A stretch of DNA of 64,000 nt from Sedimenticolaceae bacterium. Its GTDB lineage: Bacteria > Pseudomonadota > Gammaproteobacteria > Chromatiales > Chromatiaceae. A program made the position numbers and the translations under genes. Below are positions 30,008 through 39,363 of this stretch, in pieces; within the stretch, counting starts at the first letter, position 1; each line of letters begins with the position of its first letter. The notes beneath the pieces are model-generated. The model was given only the letters and a program-made list of their open reading frames with translations. It was not told where the DNA came from and made no database searches. The stretch is from contig OZ245019.1 in NCBI GenBank assembly GCA_965223815.1, forward strand, positions 1,667,804 through 1,731,803, read 5' to 3'.

Positions 30008-30872
30008 TCAAAGGCATGTGTCTGCATGCTGACTCTTCACGAGGATGGTGGCAACCGCCGGAACTGCTACCGCAACCATGAAGATATCTCCGTATGAGTC
30101 ACGGTGAGTCAGTTTGCAAATCGCCAACAGCGTAATGACCGCACCGTTATGTGGCAGCGTATCGAATCCCCCAGAGGCCATCGAAGCCACCCGGTGCAGC
30201 AAGTCCGGTGAGTTACCCGCGGTATTGTTCCATGGCGCGCTTGGCGCGAGTGTTGAGCCACAGTATTCCTCCCAGCAGCATGATGAGTCCTCCGATAACA
30301 CCCAGGATGGGTGCGGCGAATGGCGTGGTACCGAAGAAAGGCATTGGGATTGCGTTTTGAATGGCCGGAGTGCCAGGCAGCGCGGTCATGGTGAAGGTGA
30401 ACGCACCTAGCGCGATTGCAGATGGGATGAACCGTTTGGGTACTCCCGCTTCGCGAAACAGGGCTGCGCCAATGGTGTAGACGGCAAATGTCACCACAAA
30501 CAGGGATACGCCACCGTATGTCAGGATGGCGCACAACAGCACGATGGCTAGTATCGCTTGACCCTGTCCCAGTTTTTTCACTATCGCATGGGCAATGGCC
30601 TTGGCAGATCCTGAGTCGTCCATCAGCTTGCCGAAGATGGCACCGAGCAGGAACAGCGGAAAATACTTAATCAGATTTCCCCCAAGGCTGTGCATGAATA
30701 TCTGGGTATAAGTGGCAAGCAGTGGTCCGCCTCCGCTTATGAGAACCGCCAGCAGTGACAGAATCGGGGCCAGTATCAATACGTTTATGCCCCGGTAGGC
30801 GAGGTACATGAGCAGAAACAGGGACAGGACGATACCAAAGACTCCAATCATGGTCGGATTCCCCGTTGGCAA
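30008..30872 (-). pseudogene. GntP-family (hydroxy-acid/gluconate:H+) permease, internally deleted and frameshifted
   Basis: ORF 30213-30872 encodes the N-terminal half (FPLFLLGAIFGKLMDDSGSAKAIA, LTYGGVSLFVVTFAVY, LPGTPAIQN). ORF 30008-30301, in another frame, has only the extreme C-terminal motif GGFDTLPHNGAVITLLAICKLTHRDSYGDI. About 150 aa of the family's ~450 aa are missing. Confidence 0.75.
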
Positions 30873-31920
30873 GTTGATTAGGCTGCGGTCGGCTTTCTAT
30901 CGATACCTGATGGGTCCCAAAGAAGCTTAGATGTTCAATTCGCTTTTTTCCAGTGCCCACAATTGCGACGCTTTCGCCGTTCAGCGCGGGCGGTGTACGC
31001 TATAAAAATTCCCATGTGCCTGTAAGGTTGGCAATAGAGCGTTACTGCGAAGAACAACTCTCTTGCCGCTGTTTCTCGACATCCTGATCACGATATCCGG
31101 CTTCTTAACCACGAGTGATAGTTGAATAGAGCAATGCTCGTGATTAACAGAAAAATACCATCTGATAGTTACGGTTCTTGCGCCGCTTCTTTGGGTGAGT
31201 GACTCAGAAACCTTGACTGCATTACCGTTGGTCCAGGAGTGTAAAACAGATTTGAGAAGCGGCAGTATTGCAAACTCGAAAACCAATAGCCTAAACCCTA
31301 CCCCAAACATCCGTCTGCTTTTCGGGCACTAGAATGCTTACCCGATTATACGAAGCCGTAACATAAGATTTGAGAGCCGATATCGATTGATTATTAGATC
31401 GAAAACCTTCTAGCAATCCGAATGACGAAGTGAACAAATGAACAATCGAATAGGGAGGTTTCCATGAAAAATTTAATGGCTATATGCCTGGTGCTGATCA
31501 TCCTGACCTGTGGCGATCAGGGCCAACACGTCTAGGCCGCTAGTGGCGACAATTCCGAGGTGACTTTGTGTTGCTGAGTGAATCAGCCTGCAGTGACGAA
31601 CGCCAAATTCAGAGGTCAGCGGTAGATTGATAAAAGCGATGAGTCCCAAGGATACTGCGAAAAGTACAGTATCCAGCCGTGCAAAATTGAAAGTGTTGGA
31701 AGTGGGGGCGTATCTTTGCTGCAGCGTGAAGACATTCACCCAGGATCCGAAAACTGTCTAGGCCTGGGAGGTGCTCTTACCCAAGAATATGCAGTCTGAG
31801 GAGTTGACGCGAATCGTCGTGGAATGTTCGAAGTGATCGTTCGCTATCGAGGCAACTACACCAACGGAAGGGGACACACTGCAGTTATAAGAGTACCCGC
31901 GCTCTCGAATTTTCGAGAAG

Positions 31921-31956
31921 TGCACTAACATGGCGCGTGCGCATTCTTGGGGTGCA
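31921..31956 (+). promoter_or_regulatory. Two adjacent NtrC-type enhancer-like sites upstream of urtA
   Basis: TGCACTAACATGGCGCG (31921-31937) matches 10 of 13 specified positions of TGCACC-N4-TGGTGCA. CGCATTCTTGGGGTGCA (31940-31956) matches 9 of 13, with the match concentrated in the right half-site. Both lie about 80-110 bp upstream of the sigma-54 motif. Confidence 0.45.
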
Positions 31957-32033
31957 CTCATCTAGGGCAAGTGCGGCATTGTTACGTTATTGCGACCAAC
32001 CAATAGTTAAGTAATTCAAGGGGTAAGACAAGT

Positions 32034-32049
32034 TGGCATGGTCCCTGCT
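32034..32049 (+). promoter_or_regulatory. Sigma-54 (-24/-12) promoter for the urt operon
   Basis: TGGCAT-GGTCC-CTGCT has the exact GG-N10-GC spacing of the TGGCAC-N5-TTGCA consensus. It lies about 70 bp upstream of the urtA ATG. Confidence 0.6.
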
Positions 32050-32118
32050 GTGTGCTGGCCAGCTACGCATTTTTTGTGTGGTAAGAGAAAGTAGATCCAG
32101 CATACAGGAGACTAATTA

Positions 32119-33411
32119 ATGAAATTGACGACCCCCACGCGAAAGCTTGCTGCGGCCGTATCTTTGGTGACGCTGTTGAGCGTGAGCACGTTTGCGCAGG
32201 CTGCCGAAACTATCAAGGTCGGCATCCTGCACTCGCTCTCTGGCACCATGGCCATTTCCGAAACCACCCTCAAAGACACAATGCTTATGCTCATAGAAGA
32301 GCAAAACAAAAAGGGGGGGCTGTTGGGAAAGCAGCTGGAACCGGTGGTTGTCGATCCTGCTTCCAATTGGCCGCTGTTCGCGGAGAAGGCGCGCGAGCTG
32401 ATATCCAAGGAGGGGGTCGATGCGATCTTCGGTTGCTGGACTTCCGTTTCCCGCAAGTCGGTACTCCCGGTAGTGGAAGAGCTTAATGTACCGCTGTTCT
32501 ACCCGGTGCAGTACGAAGGTGAAGAATCCTCCAAATATGTCTACTACACCGGAGCTGCGCCTAACCAGCAGGCGATTCCAGCTGTCGATTATCTCATGAA
32601 CCAGGGTGTTCAGCGCTGGGTCCTGGCGGGTACCGACTATGTATACCCGCGGACCACCAACAAGATTCTCGAAGCCTACCTCAAAGACAAAGGTGTAGCG
32701 GCTGCGGACATTATGATCAACTACACGCCTTTCGGACATGCCGACTGGCAAACCATTGTGGCCGATATTAAGAAGTTTGGCACCGCCGGCAAAAAGACTG
32801 CGGTGGTATCCACTATCAACGGTGATGCCAATGTGCCTTTTTACAAGGAACTCGGCAACCAGGGAGTTTCTGCAGACGCTATTCCGGTCGTCGCTTTCTC
32901 CGTGGGTGAAGAGGAGCTTTCCGGTATCGATACCAAACCGCTGGTTGGCCACCTCGCTGCATGGAACTACTTTATGAGCGTAGATGCCGATGTCAACGAA
33001 GAATTCATAGAGAGCTGGCACAAGTTCATCAAGAGCGAAGATCGGGTGACCAATGATCCGATGGAAGCACACTATATCGGCTTCAACATGTGGATCGAAG
33101 CGGTCAAGAAAGCGGGTACCACTGATCCAGAAGCGGTTTCGGAGGCCATCATCGGTGTTACCGTACCGAATCTTTCCGGCGGTGTATCCGCAATGATGCC
33201 CAATCACCATGTGACCAAGCCGGTATTGATCGGCGAGATACAGGAAGATGGGCAGTTCGACATCGTGTGGCAGACTTCCGGGCTGGTAGCCGGTGACGCT
33301 TGGTCTGATTTCCTGCCGGGATCCAAGGACCTGATCTCCGACTGGCGTAGACCGCTTGAATGCGGCAACTACAATGTCAAGACTGCCAAGTGCTCCGGTC
33401 AGAATTTCTGA
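32119..33411 (+). CDS. urtA: Urea ABC transporter substrate-binding protein
   Basis: 430-aa ORF with a signal peptide and a UrtA-type sequence (ETIKVGILHSLSGTMAISE, FGCWTSVSRKSVLPVVE). It has an AGGAG RBS and is first in the urtABCDE order. Confidence 0.9.
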   Translation: MKLTTPTRKLAAAVSLVTLLSVSTFAQAAETIKVGILHSLSGTMAISETTLKDTMLMLIEEQNKKGGLLGKQLEPVVVDPASNWPLFAEKARELISKEGVDAIFGCWTSVSRKSVLPVVEELNVPLFYPVQYEGEESSKYVYYTGAAPNQQAIPAVDYLMNQGVQRWVLAGTDYVYPRTTNKILEAYLKDKGVAAADIMINYTPFGHADWQTIVADIKKFGTAGKKTAVVSTINGDANVPFYKELGNQGVSADAIPVVAFSVGEEELSGIDTKPLVGHLAAWNYFMSVDADVNEEFIESWHKFIKSEDRVTNDPMEAHYIGFNMWIEAVKKAGTTDPEAVSEAIIGVTVPNLSGGVSAMMPNHHVTKPVLIGEIQEDGQFDIVWQTSGLVAGDAWSDFLPGSKDLISDWRRPLECGNYNVKTAKCSGQNF

Positions 33412-33494
33412 ACCGAACCCTCAACGTTTGACAACATCTGGCCGGTAGTGGGGGCAGTTCTGTCCCTGCTGCCGGCCAACTTCAAGAATTAATA

Positions 33495-35102
33495 ATGATG
33501 AGATTTCTGAGTGCACTATTGTTGTGCCTGCTGATATTGCCGGTGCAGGCCGCCAGGGTGAATACCGGTGACCCCGCGCTGGACACTGTTTTCGACGCTT
33601 TGGCTGGCAGGGACTTCGCCGCCAAAGAGCGCGCGCTGAATCAGCTTGCTACCTCCGACCACGAGCAGCGCTTTGTGCTGATACAAGGCATTATGGAGGG
33701 TAAGCTACGTATTCACAAAAAGAGCAAGCGATTGGTCTGGGCTGAAAAGAAAGGCCGCAGCTACCTGGCCTCCGATGCGCTGAGCGGCGAATCTTTGGGT
33801 GAGTTTAAAAATCGTAAACTGAAAAAAATCTCCATCAACAACCAACTGCGCCGAGTGATCAAGGGGATCATCGCCGCGCGTGATTTAGATAGCGAAAATC
33901 CCGAGCTTCGCCTCCAGGCGGTTGAGGCAATGTTTGCCAATCCCTCTGCTGAGCAGATCGAAATCCTGACGCCGCGGCTTGCTGAAGAAAGCGACCAACA
34001 GATTAGAGAAGCGATGGCACTGGTGGTATCACTTGCCAATCTGGACTCTGAAGATGCCGCAGTCCGCCTGCGGGCGGTCAGCGGAGTAAGTGACAGCCTG
34101 GAACCAGCTGTTCGTCAGCGGCTCACAGAGATGGCTAATGCGGATACCGATCCCGAGGTCAGGAAAGCGGCGGCATCCAGCTTACGTATGATAGAGGATA
34201 GGGTGGCATTGTTCGGTCGCCTGGAAACTCTGTTTTTCGGTCTTAGCCTTGGCTCTGTACTGGTGTTAGCGGCGATCGGTCTGGCGATCACCTTTGGTGT
34301 GATGGGGGTGATCAACATGGCCCACGGCGAGTTGATTATGCTCGGCGCCTACACTACCTACCTGATACAGCAGCTAATGCCCGACTCCACAGGCTTGTCG
34401 TTGCTGTTGTCCATACCGGCGGCCTTTATAGTCTCGGGGATTGTAGGTATTGCCATCGAGCGGGGCGTAATCCGTTATCTTTATGGGCGCCCCCTGGAAA
34501 CCCTGTTGGCCACCTTCGGCGTCAGCCTTATCCTGCAACAGCTTGTACGCACCCTGATATCGCCGCAAAACGTACCGGTCTCCAACCCCGAATTCATGAG
34601 CGGCTTCTGGCAGATAAATAGTGTCTTGGCACTCACCTATAATCGCCTCTACATCATCCTATTCTGCATGTTGGTGTTTGCGGCCTTATTCATAATTCTA
34701 AAGCGCACCCGCCTCGGCCTGCAGGTGCGAGCAGTATCCCAGAACCGAGCCATGGCTCGCGCTATGGGGGTGCATTCATCACGTGTGGATGCGTTGACCT
34801 TCGGATTGGGATCCGGCATTGCCGGGGTGGCGGGTGTCGCCCTGTCGCAACTGACCAACGTCGGCCCCAACCTGGGGCAGTCATATATCGTCGACAGCTT
34901 CATGGTGGTGGTGTTCGGCGGCGTGGGTAACCTCTGGGGTACACTGATCGGCGGCGTCGGCCTGGGGATAGCCAATAAGTTCATGGAGCCTTGGGCCGGT
35001 GCGGTGATGGCCAAAATACTCATATTGGTGATTGTTATCTTATTTATTCAGAAACGGCCACGGGGACTGTTCCCGCAGAAGGGCCGTGCGGCGGAGGGCT
35101 GA
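33495..35102 (+). CDS. urtB: Urea ABC transporter permease with an N-terminal periplasmic HEAT-like extension
   Basis: 535-aa ORF. The C-terminal ~300 aa form a branched-chain-type permease (GVINMAHGELIMLGAYT). The N-terminal ~230 aa are helical repeats behind a signal sequence. Confidence 0.85.
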   Translation: MMRFLSALLLCLLILPVQAARVNTGDPALDTVFDALAGRDFAAKERALNQLATSDHEQRFVLIQGIMEGKLRIHKKSKRLVWAEKKGRSYLASDALSGESLGEFKNRKLKKISINNQLRRVIKGIIAARDLDSENPELRLQAVEAMFANPSAEQIEILTPRLAEESDQQIREAMALVVSLANLDSEDAAVRLRAVSGVSDSLEPAVRQRLTEMANADTDPEVRKAAASSLRMIEDRVALFGRLETLFFGLSLGSVLVLAAIGLAITFGVMGVINMAHGELIMLGAYTTYLIQQLMPDSTGLSLLLSIPAAFIVSGIVGIAIERGVIRYLYGRPLETLLATFGVSLILQQLVRTLISPQNVPVSNPEFMSGFWQINSVLALTYNRLYIILFCMLVFAALFIILKRTRLGLQVRAVSQNRAMARAMGVHSSRVDALTFGLGSGIAGVAGVALSQLTNVGPNLGQSYIVDSFMVVVFGGVGNLWGTLIGGVGLGIANKFMEPWAGAVMAKILILVIVILFIQKRPRGLFPQKGRAAEG

Positions 35103-35105
35103 TCG

Positions 35106-36191
35106 ATGTTTATCCTCCGAATCCTGCAAGGTGATCGTGGCAGTCAGGTTTTTATGCTGATACTGCTGGCTGTTTTGTGTGTAGTGCCGATCCTGGCGGG
35201 CTTGCAGGAAGACCATCCGCTGCATATCGGTTCCTATACGGTGACTTTGCTTGGCAAGTATCTCACTTATGCATTACTCGCGGTAGCAGTGGACCTGGTT
35301 TGGGGTTACCTGGGTATCCTCAGTCTTGGGCATGCAGCGTTCTTCGCACTGGGTGGTTATGCCATGGGCATGTATCTGATGCGGCAGATCGGTGACCGGG
35401 GTGTTTACGGCAATCCGGAACTACCCGATTTTATGGTATTTCTAAACTGGCAGGAACTGCCGTGGTTCTGGCAGGGAATGGATCAATTCTGGTTTGCCAT
35501 GATCATGGTGATCTTGGCACCTGGTCTATTGGCTTTCATATTTGGTTGGTTTGCCTTTCGTTCGCGAGTCACCGGTGTCTATCTCTCCATTATTACCCAG
35601 GCGTTGACATATGCTCTGATGCTGGCATTTTTCCGCAACGAGATGGGCTTCGGAGGCAACAATGGCCTTACCGACTTCAAGGATATACTGGGCTTCGCTC
35701 TGCAGTCCGACGCTACCCGTATGGGCCTTTTTATCGCTTCCGGTATTGCCCTGGCTATTGGATATCTTGCCTGCCGGGCGATAGTGAAATCACGGCTTGG
35801 CAGGGTAGCGGTGGCTATCCGAGATGCCGAAGATCGTACCCGCTTCGTCGGCTACAAAGTGGAAAGCATTAAATTAGCCATTTTCACCTTCTCAGCTGTG
35901 CTGGCGGGTGTTGCAGGGGCACTCTATGTGCCCCAGGTCGGCATCATCAATCCCAGTGAATTTCAGCCACTCAACTCCATCGAGGTCGTGGTGTGGGTGG
36001 CCATAGGCGGGCGGGCGACGTTGTACGGGGCAGTGATCGGCGCACTTGGTGTCAATTATGCCAAGTCCTGGTTCACCGGGGCTCTACCGGATGCCTGGCT
36101 TTTCGTCCTTGGTGCGCTGTTTGTTTTTGTTACGCTGTTGCTGCCCAGAGGTATTGCGGGACTGGTTCGCCGCAAGGAGGGAGCTAGATGA
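35106..36191 (+). CDS. urtC: Urea ABC transporter permease
   Basis: 361-aa polytopic LivM-like permease at the expected position in the operon. Confidence 0.85.
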   Translation: MFILRILQGDRGSQVFMLILLAVLCVVPILAGLQEDHPLHIGSYTVTLLGKYLTYALLAVAVDLVWGYLGILSLGHAAFFALGGYAMGMYLMRQIGDRGVYGNPELPDFMVFLNWQELPWFWQGMDQFWFAMIMVILAPGLLAFIFGWFAFRSRVTGVYLSIITQALTYALMLAFFRNEMGFGGNNGLTDFKDILGFALQSDATRMGLFIASGIALAIGYLACRAIVKSRLGRVAVAIRDAEDRTRFVGYKVESIKLAIFTFSAVLAGVAGALYVPQVGIINPSEFQPLNSIEVVVWVAIGGRATLYGAVIGALGVNYAKSWFTGALPDAWLFVLGALFVFVTLLLPRGIAGLVRRKEGAR

Positions 36192-37003
36192 GTACGCCTC
36201 TGCTGCAACGTGACCGGGTCTTCGATTTCATGATACCTAGAGAGGTCGACAACCTCGACCTGTCGCACGGTACACTGCTGTATATGGAGGATGTATCGGT
36301 TTCCTTCGATGGCTTCAAGGCCATCGATAACTTGAACTTCTACGTGGATGTAGGTGAGCTGCGTGCGGTAATCGGTCCAAACGGGGCGGGTAAGACTACC
36401 ATGATGGACATTATTACCGGTAAAACCCGGCCCGACACCGGTACCTGTTGGTTTGGCCAGCGCATGAATTTGCTGCGCATGGATGAACCGGAAATAGCCC
36501 AGGCAGGCATAGGCCGCAAGTTTCAGAAGCCCACGGTATTCGAGTACCACACAGTTTACGAGAACCTTGAGCTGTCGATGAGCGGTCCCAAGTCGGTCTG
36601 GCCAACGCTGATCGCACACTTATCGGCTGAACAGCGCGATTCTATCGACAAAGTTCTGGGTATTATCTCTCTCAAAGACGAGGCCTATCATGTCGCGGGG
36701 TCATTGTCCCACGGCCAGAAGCAGTGGCTGGAGATCGGCATGCTGCTGATGCAGAACCCCCTGATGTTGCTGGTCGACGAGCCGGCGGCGGGAATGACAC
36801 ACCAGGAAATGGATCGAACCGTGGAATTGCTGACTTCATTGGCAGGTGAGCACTCGGTGATAGTAGTTGAACATGACATGGATTTCGTGCGGGCACTGAA
36901 TTCGAGTGTCACCGTGTTGCATCAGGGCAGTGTGCTCGCCGAAGGCAGCATGGACCAAGTGCAGAACGATCCGCAGGTCATCGAGGTATATCTCGGGGAA
37001 TGA
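36188..37003 (+). CDS. urtD: Urea ABC transporter ATP-binding protein
   Basis: Walker A GPNGAGKTT, signature LSHGQKQWLEIG, Walker B LLLVDEP. Its start overlaps the urtC stop. Confidence 0.9.
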   Translation: MSTPLLQRDRVFDFMIPREVDNLDLSHGTLLYMEDVSVSFDGFKAIDNLNFYVDVGELRAVIGPNGAGKTTMMDIITGKTRPDTGTCWFGQRMNLLRMDEPEIAQAGIGRKFQKPTVFEYHTVYENLELSMSGPKSVWPTLIAHLSAEQRDSIDKVLGIISLKDEAYHVAGSLSHGQKQWLEIGMLLMQNPLMLLVDEPAAGMTHQEMDRTVELLTSLAGEHSVIVVEHDMDFVRALNSSVTVLHQGSVLAEGSMDQVQNDPQVIEVYLGE

Positions 37004-37701
37004 ACATGTTGAATGTCAAAAAGCTCAACCAATTCTACGGAGAGTCTCACACACTCTGGGACTTGGATCTGGAGGTCCCAAAGCGCAGGTGCACCGTGCT
37101 CATGGGACGTAACGGTGTGGGCAAGACGACGCTATTGCAGTGCATAATGGGGCTTGCACCCACAGGTTCCGGAGAAATTATCTACGGCGATATACCCATC
37201 CATAAACGCAATGCTGAGTCGCGTGCCCCGATGGGGCTGGCCTATGTACCACAGGGACGGCAGATTTTTCCTCTACTCAGCGTGGATGAGAACCTGCGCA
37301 TTGGATTACCAGCCCGCAGTGATGGGCTCAAAGAGATACCCGAATTCATTTTCGAACTCTTTCCGGTACTCAGGGAGATGCTCGGGCGCCGCGGTGGCGA
37401 TTTGTCAGGTGGTCAGCAGCAGCAGCTGGCAATTGCCCGCGCCCTGGTTACCGACCCGCAACTGCTCATTCTCGATGAGCCTACAGAGGGCATTCAGCCA
37501 AATATCGTGGCCATGATCGGCGATATCATCCGCAAGCTGATCGAGGATATTGACCTGACCGTGTTGCTGGTGGAGCAGAAGCTGCCGTTTGCACGCCGGG
37601 TGGGCGACAATTTCGTGATACTCGATAGGGGCAGGGCGGTGGCCAACGGCGAGATGTCGGATTTGAATGATCAGTTAATTAAACAATACCTGACCGTATA
37701 A
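37000..37701 (+). CDS. urtE: Urea ABC transporter ATP-binding protein
   Basis: Walker A GRNGVGKTT, signature LSGGQQQQLAIARAL, Walker B LLILDEP. An ATGA overlap links it to urtD. Confidence 0.9.
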   Translation: MNMLNVKKLNQFYGESHTLWDLDLEVPKRRCTVLMGRNGVGKTTLLQCIMGLAPTGSGEIIYGDIPIHKRNAESRAPMGLAYVPQGRQIFPLLSVDENLRIGLPARSDGLKEIPEFIFELFPVLREMLGRRGGDLSGGQQQQLAIARALVTDPQLLILDEPTEGIQPNIVAMIGDIIRKLIEDIDLTVLLVEQKLPFARRVGDNFVILDRGRAVANGEMSDLNDQLIKQYLTV

Positions 37702-37712
37702 ATGGGAGAGTA

Positions 37713-37886
37713 ATGAACAAGGGCTTTTGGATAATCGCGATGGCCTGGCTGTTGAGTAGCCGGGCTCAGGCGCACGTAAGTGACGCCATTGGCATAACCC
37801 ACGGCAGTGAGCACTTGTGGCTGCTGTTGGCGCTGGTAACCGTCGGTGTGGTGCTGGGACCTCTACTAAAGAGTCGCAACGAGTAG
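37713..37886 (+). CDS. 57-aa signal-peptide/TM protein, possibly the N-terminal fragment of a HupE/UreJ-type nickel transporter
   Basis: A GGGAGAG RBS lies 3 nt upstream. The sequence is MNKGFWIIAMAWLLSSRAQA|HVSDAIGITHGSEHLWLLLALVTVGVVLG.... A His-rich start after the signal peptide and the E/D-H-L motif resemble the first ~50 aa of HupE/UreJ. It lies between urtE and ureD. Confidence 0.35.
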   Translation: MNKGFWIIAMAWLLSSRAQAHVSDAIGITHGSEHLWLLLALVTVGVVLGPLLKSRNE

Positions 37887-37897
37887 TGGGCTTACCC

Positions 37898-38728
37898 ATG
37901 ATCCAGACAACGCCGCAAACCGAAGGTTGGTCGGCGCGGCTACGATTGGGATTTCGAACAGGTGCGGGGAAGACCCTGCTGGCGTTGCGAGAAAGAGAGG
38001 GCCCACTTGCGGTACAAAGACCATTCTACCCTGAAGGGGAAACCTGTCATGTCTATCTGCTGCATCCGCCAGGCGGCGTGGTGGGTGGGGATTATCTGCA
38101 GATAGATACCACTCTCGAGGAGGGTAGCAAGGCTCTGATTACTACTCCGGGGGCGACCAAATTCTATCGCAGCGCCGCCAGCCGGGCTCAACAGGTGCAA
38201 CACCTTCGTGTGGAAGATGACGCCAGCCTGGAGTGGTTGCCACAGGAGAATATTTTCTTTCCCGGTGCCGAGGTTGGGCTGCACACACGTGTCGATTTGC
38301 AGGGTGGCGCACGGTTGGCCCTATGGGAGATACACTGCCTGGGACGCCCGGTCATAGCAGAACTTTTCGACGAGGGGCAGGTGGACTCCCGCCTGGAACT
38401 CTGGCGCGATGGAGAACCTTTGCTGCTCGAGCGTTTACGGATAGATGCGCAAAGCTTGCAGCGGATTGCGTTGCTGGGTGGCAGGCCCGTTACAGGCACG
38501 GCCGTGTTCAGCCATGCGGGGGAGTCGCAGCTGCAAGATGTGCGTAGCGAGATCGGATACGAAACCGACGGTGTGATCGGCGCAACCCTGATTGGTGACC
38601 TGCTGATTTTGCGCTACCTAGGTGATTCTACCGAGCAGGCAAAAAAACTATTTACCCACATCTGGAGCCTAGTGCGTGAGCCGTTGCTCAAGCGTTCGGC
38701 AAGCACGCCGCGCATCTGGAAAACTTAG
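37898..38728 (+). CDS. ureD: Urease accessory protein UreD
   Basis: The start was chosen at [11 protein letters not shown]. The sequence is UreD-like ([25 protein letters not shown]), and the gene is first in the ureDABCEFG order. Confidence 0.85.
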   Translation: MIQTTPQTEGWSARLRLGFRTGAGKTLLALREREGPLAVQRPFYPEGETCHVYLLHPPGGVVGGDYLQIDTTLEEGSKALITTPGATKFYRSAASRAQQVQHLRVEDDASLEWLPQENIFFPGAEVGLHTRVDLQGGARLALWEIHCLGRPVIAELFDEGQVDSRLELWRDGEPLLLERLRIDAQSLQRIALLGGRPVTGTAVFSHAGESQLQDVRSEIGYETDGVIGATLIGDLLILRYLGDSTEQAKKLFTHIWSLVREPLLKRSASTPRIWKT

Positions 38729-38739
38729 AGAAAAACGCT

Positions 38740-39042
38740 ATGGAACTGTCACCCAGAGAAAAAGACAAGCTGATGATATTCACCGCCGCTTTGCTTGCCG
38801 AGCGGCGTAAAGCCAAGGGATTGAAATTGAACTACCCCGAGGCGATTGCCCTGATCAGCGCCGAGATAATGGAGGGTGCGCGCGAAGGCAAGAGTGTGGC
38901 CGAACTGATGGATTACGGCCGCAGTCTGCTGGGGCGTGAGGAGGTGATGGAGGGCGTGCCGGAGATGATTCATGACGTGCAGGTTGAAGCCACTTTTCCA
39001 GATGGCACCAAGCTGGTTACCGTTCACGATCCAATTATTTGA
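38740..39042 (+). CDS. ureA: Urease subunit gamma
   Basis: 100-aa ORF with the canonical N-terminus [35 protein letters not shown]. Confidence 0.95.
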   Translation: MELSPREKDKLMIFTAALLAERRKAKGLKLNYPEAIALISAEIMEGAREGKSVAELMDYGRSLLGREEVMEGVPEMIHDVQVEATFPDGTKLVTVHDPII

Positions 39043-39054
39043 GGGAGCAGCTCC

Positions 39055-39363
39055 ATGATTCCAGGTGAGGTAATCGTTGCAGAGGGAAAGATCGAACTCA
39101 ATTCAGGGCGCCGGACACTGACTCTATCGGTCGCCAACAAGGGTGATCGTCCGATCCAGGTTGGCTCCCACTACCACTTCTATGAAACCAATCCAGCGCT
39201 CGAGTTCGAGCGTAAGAGAAGCCGTGGTTTTCGACTTAACATCGCAGCGGGTACGGCGGTGCGTTTTGAACCGGGACAGACTAGGGAAGTGGAGCTGGTG
39301 GCTTACGCCGGAGACCGCAGAGTATACGGATTCAATGGCAGAATTATGGGGGAGCTGGATTGA
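39055..39363 (+). CDS. ureB: Urease subunit beta
   Basis: 102-aa ORF with [19 protein letters not shown]...[17 protein letters not shown]. Confidence 0.95.
   Translation: MIPGEVIVAEGKIELNSGRRTLTLSVANKGDRPIQVGSHYHFYETNPALEFERKRSRGFRLNIAAGTAVRFEPGQTREVELVAYAGDRRVYGFNGRIMGELD

Noticed and set aside
32116-33210. 364-aa minus-strand ORF antisense to urtA
   Set aside because: It is exactly antisense to a very well supported UrtA gene and has no recognisable domain, a pattern typical of antisense open frames.
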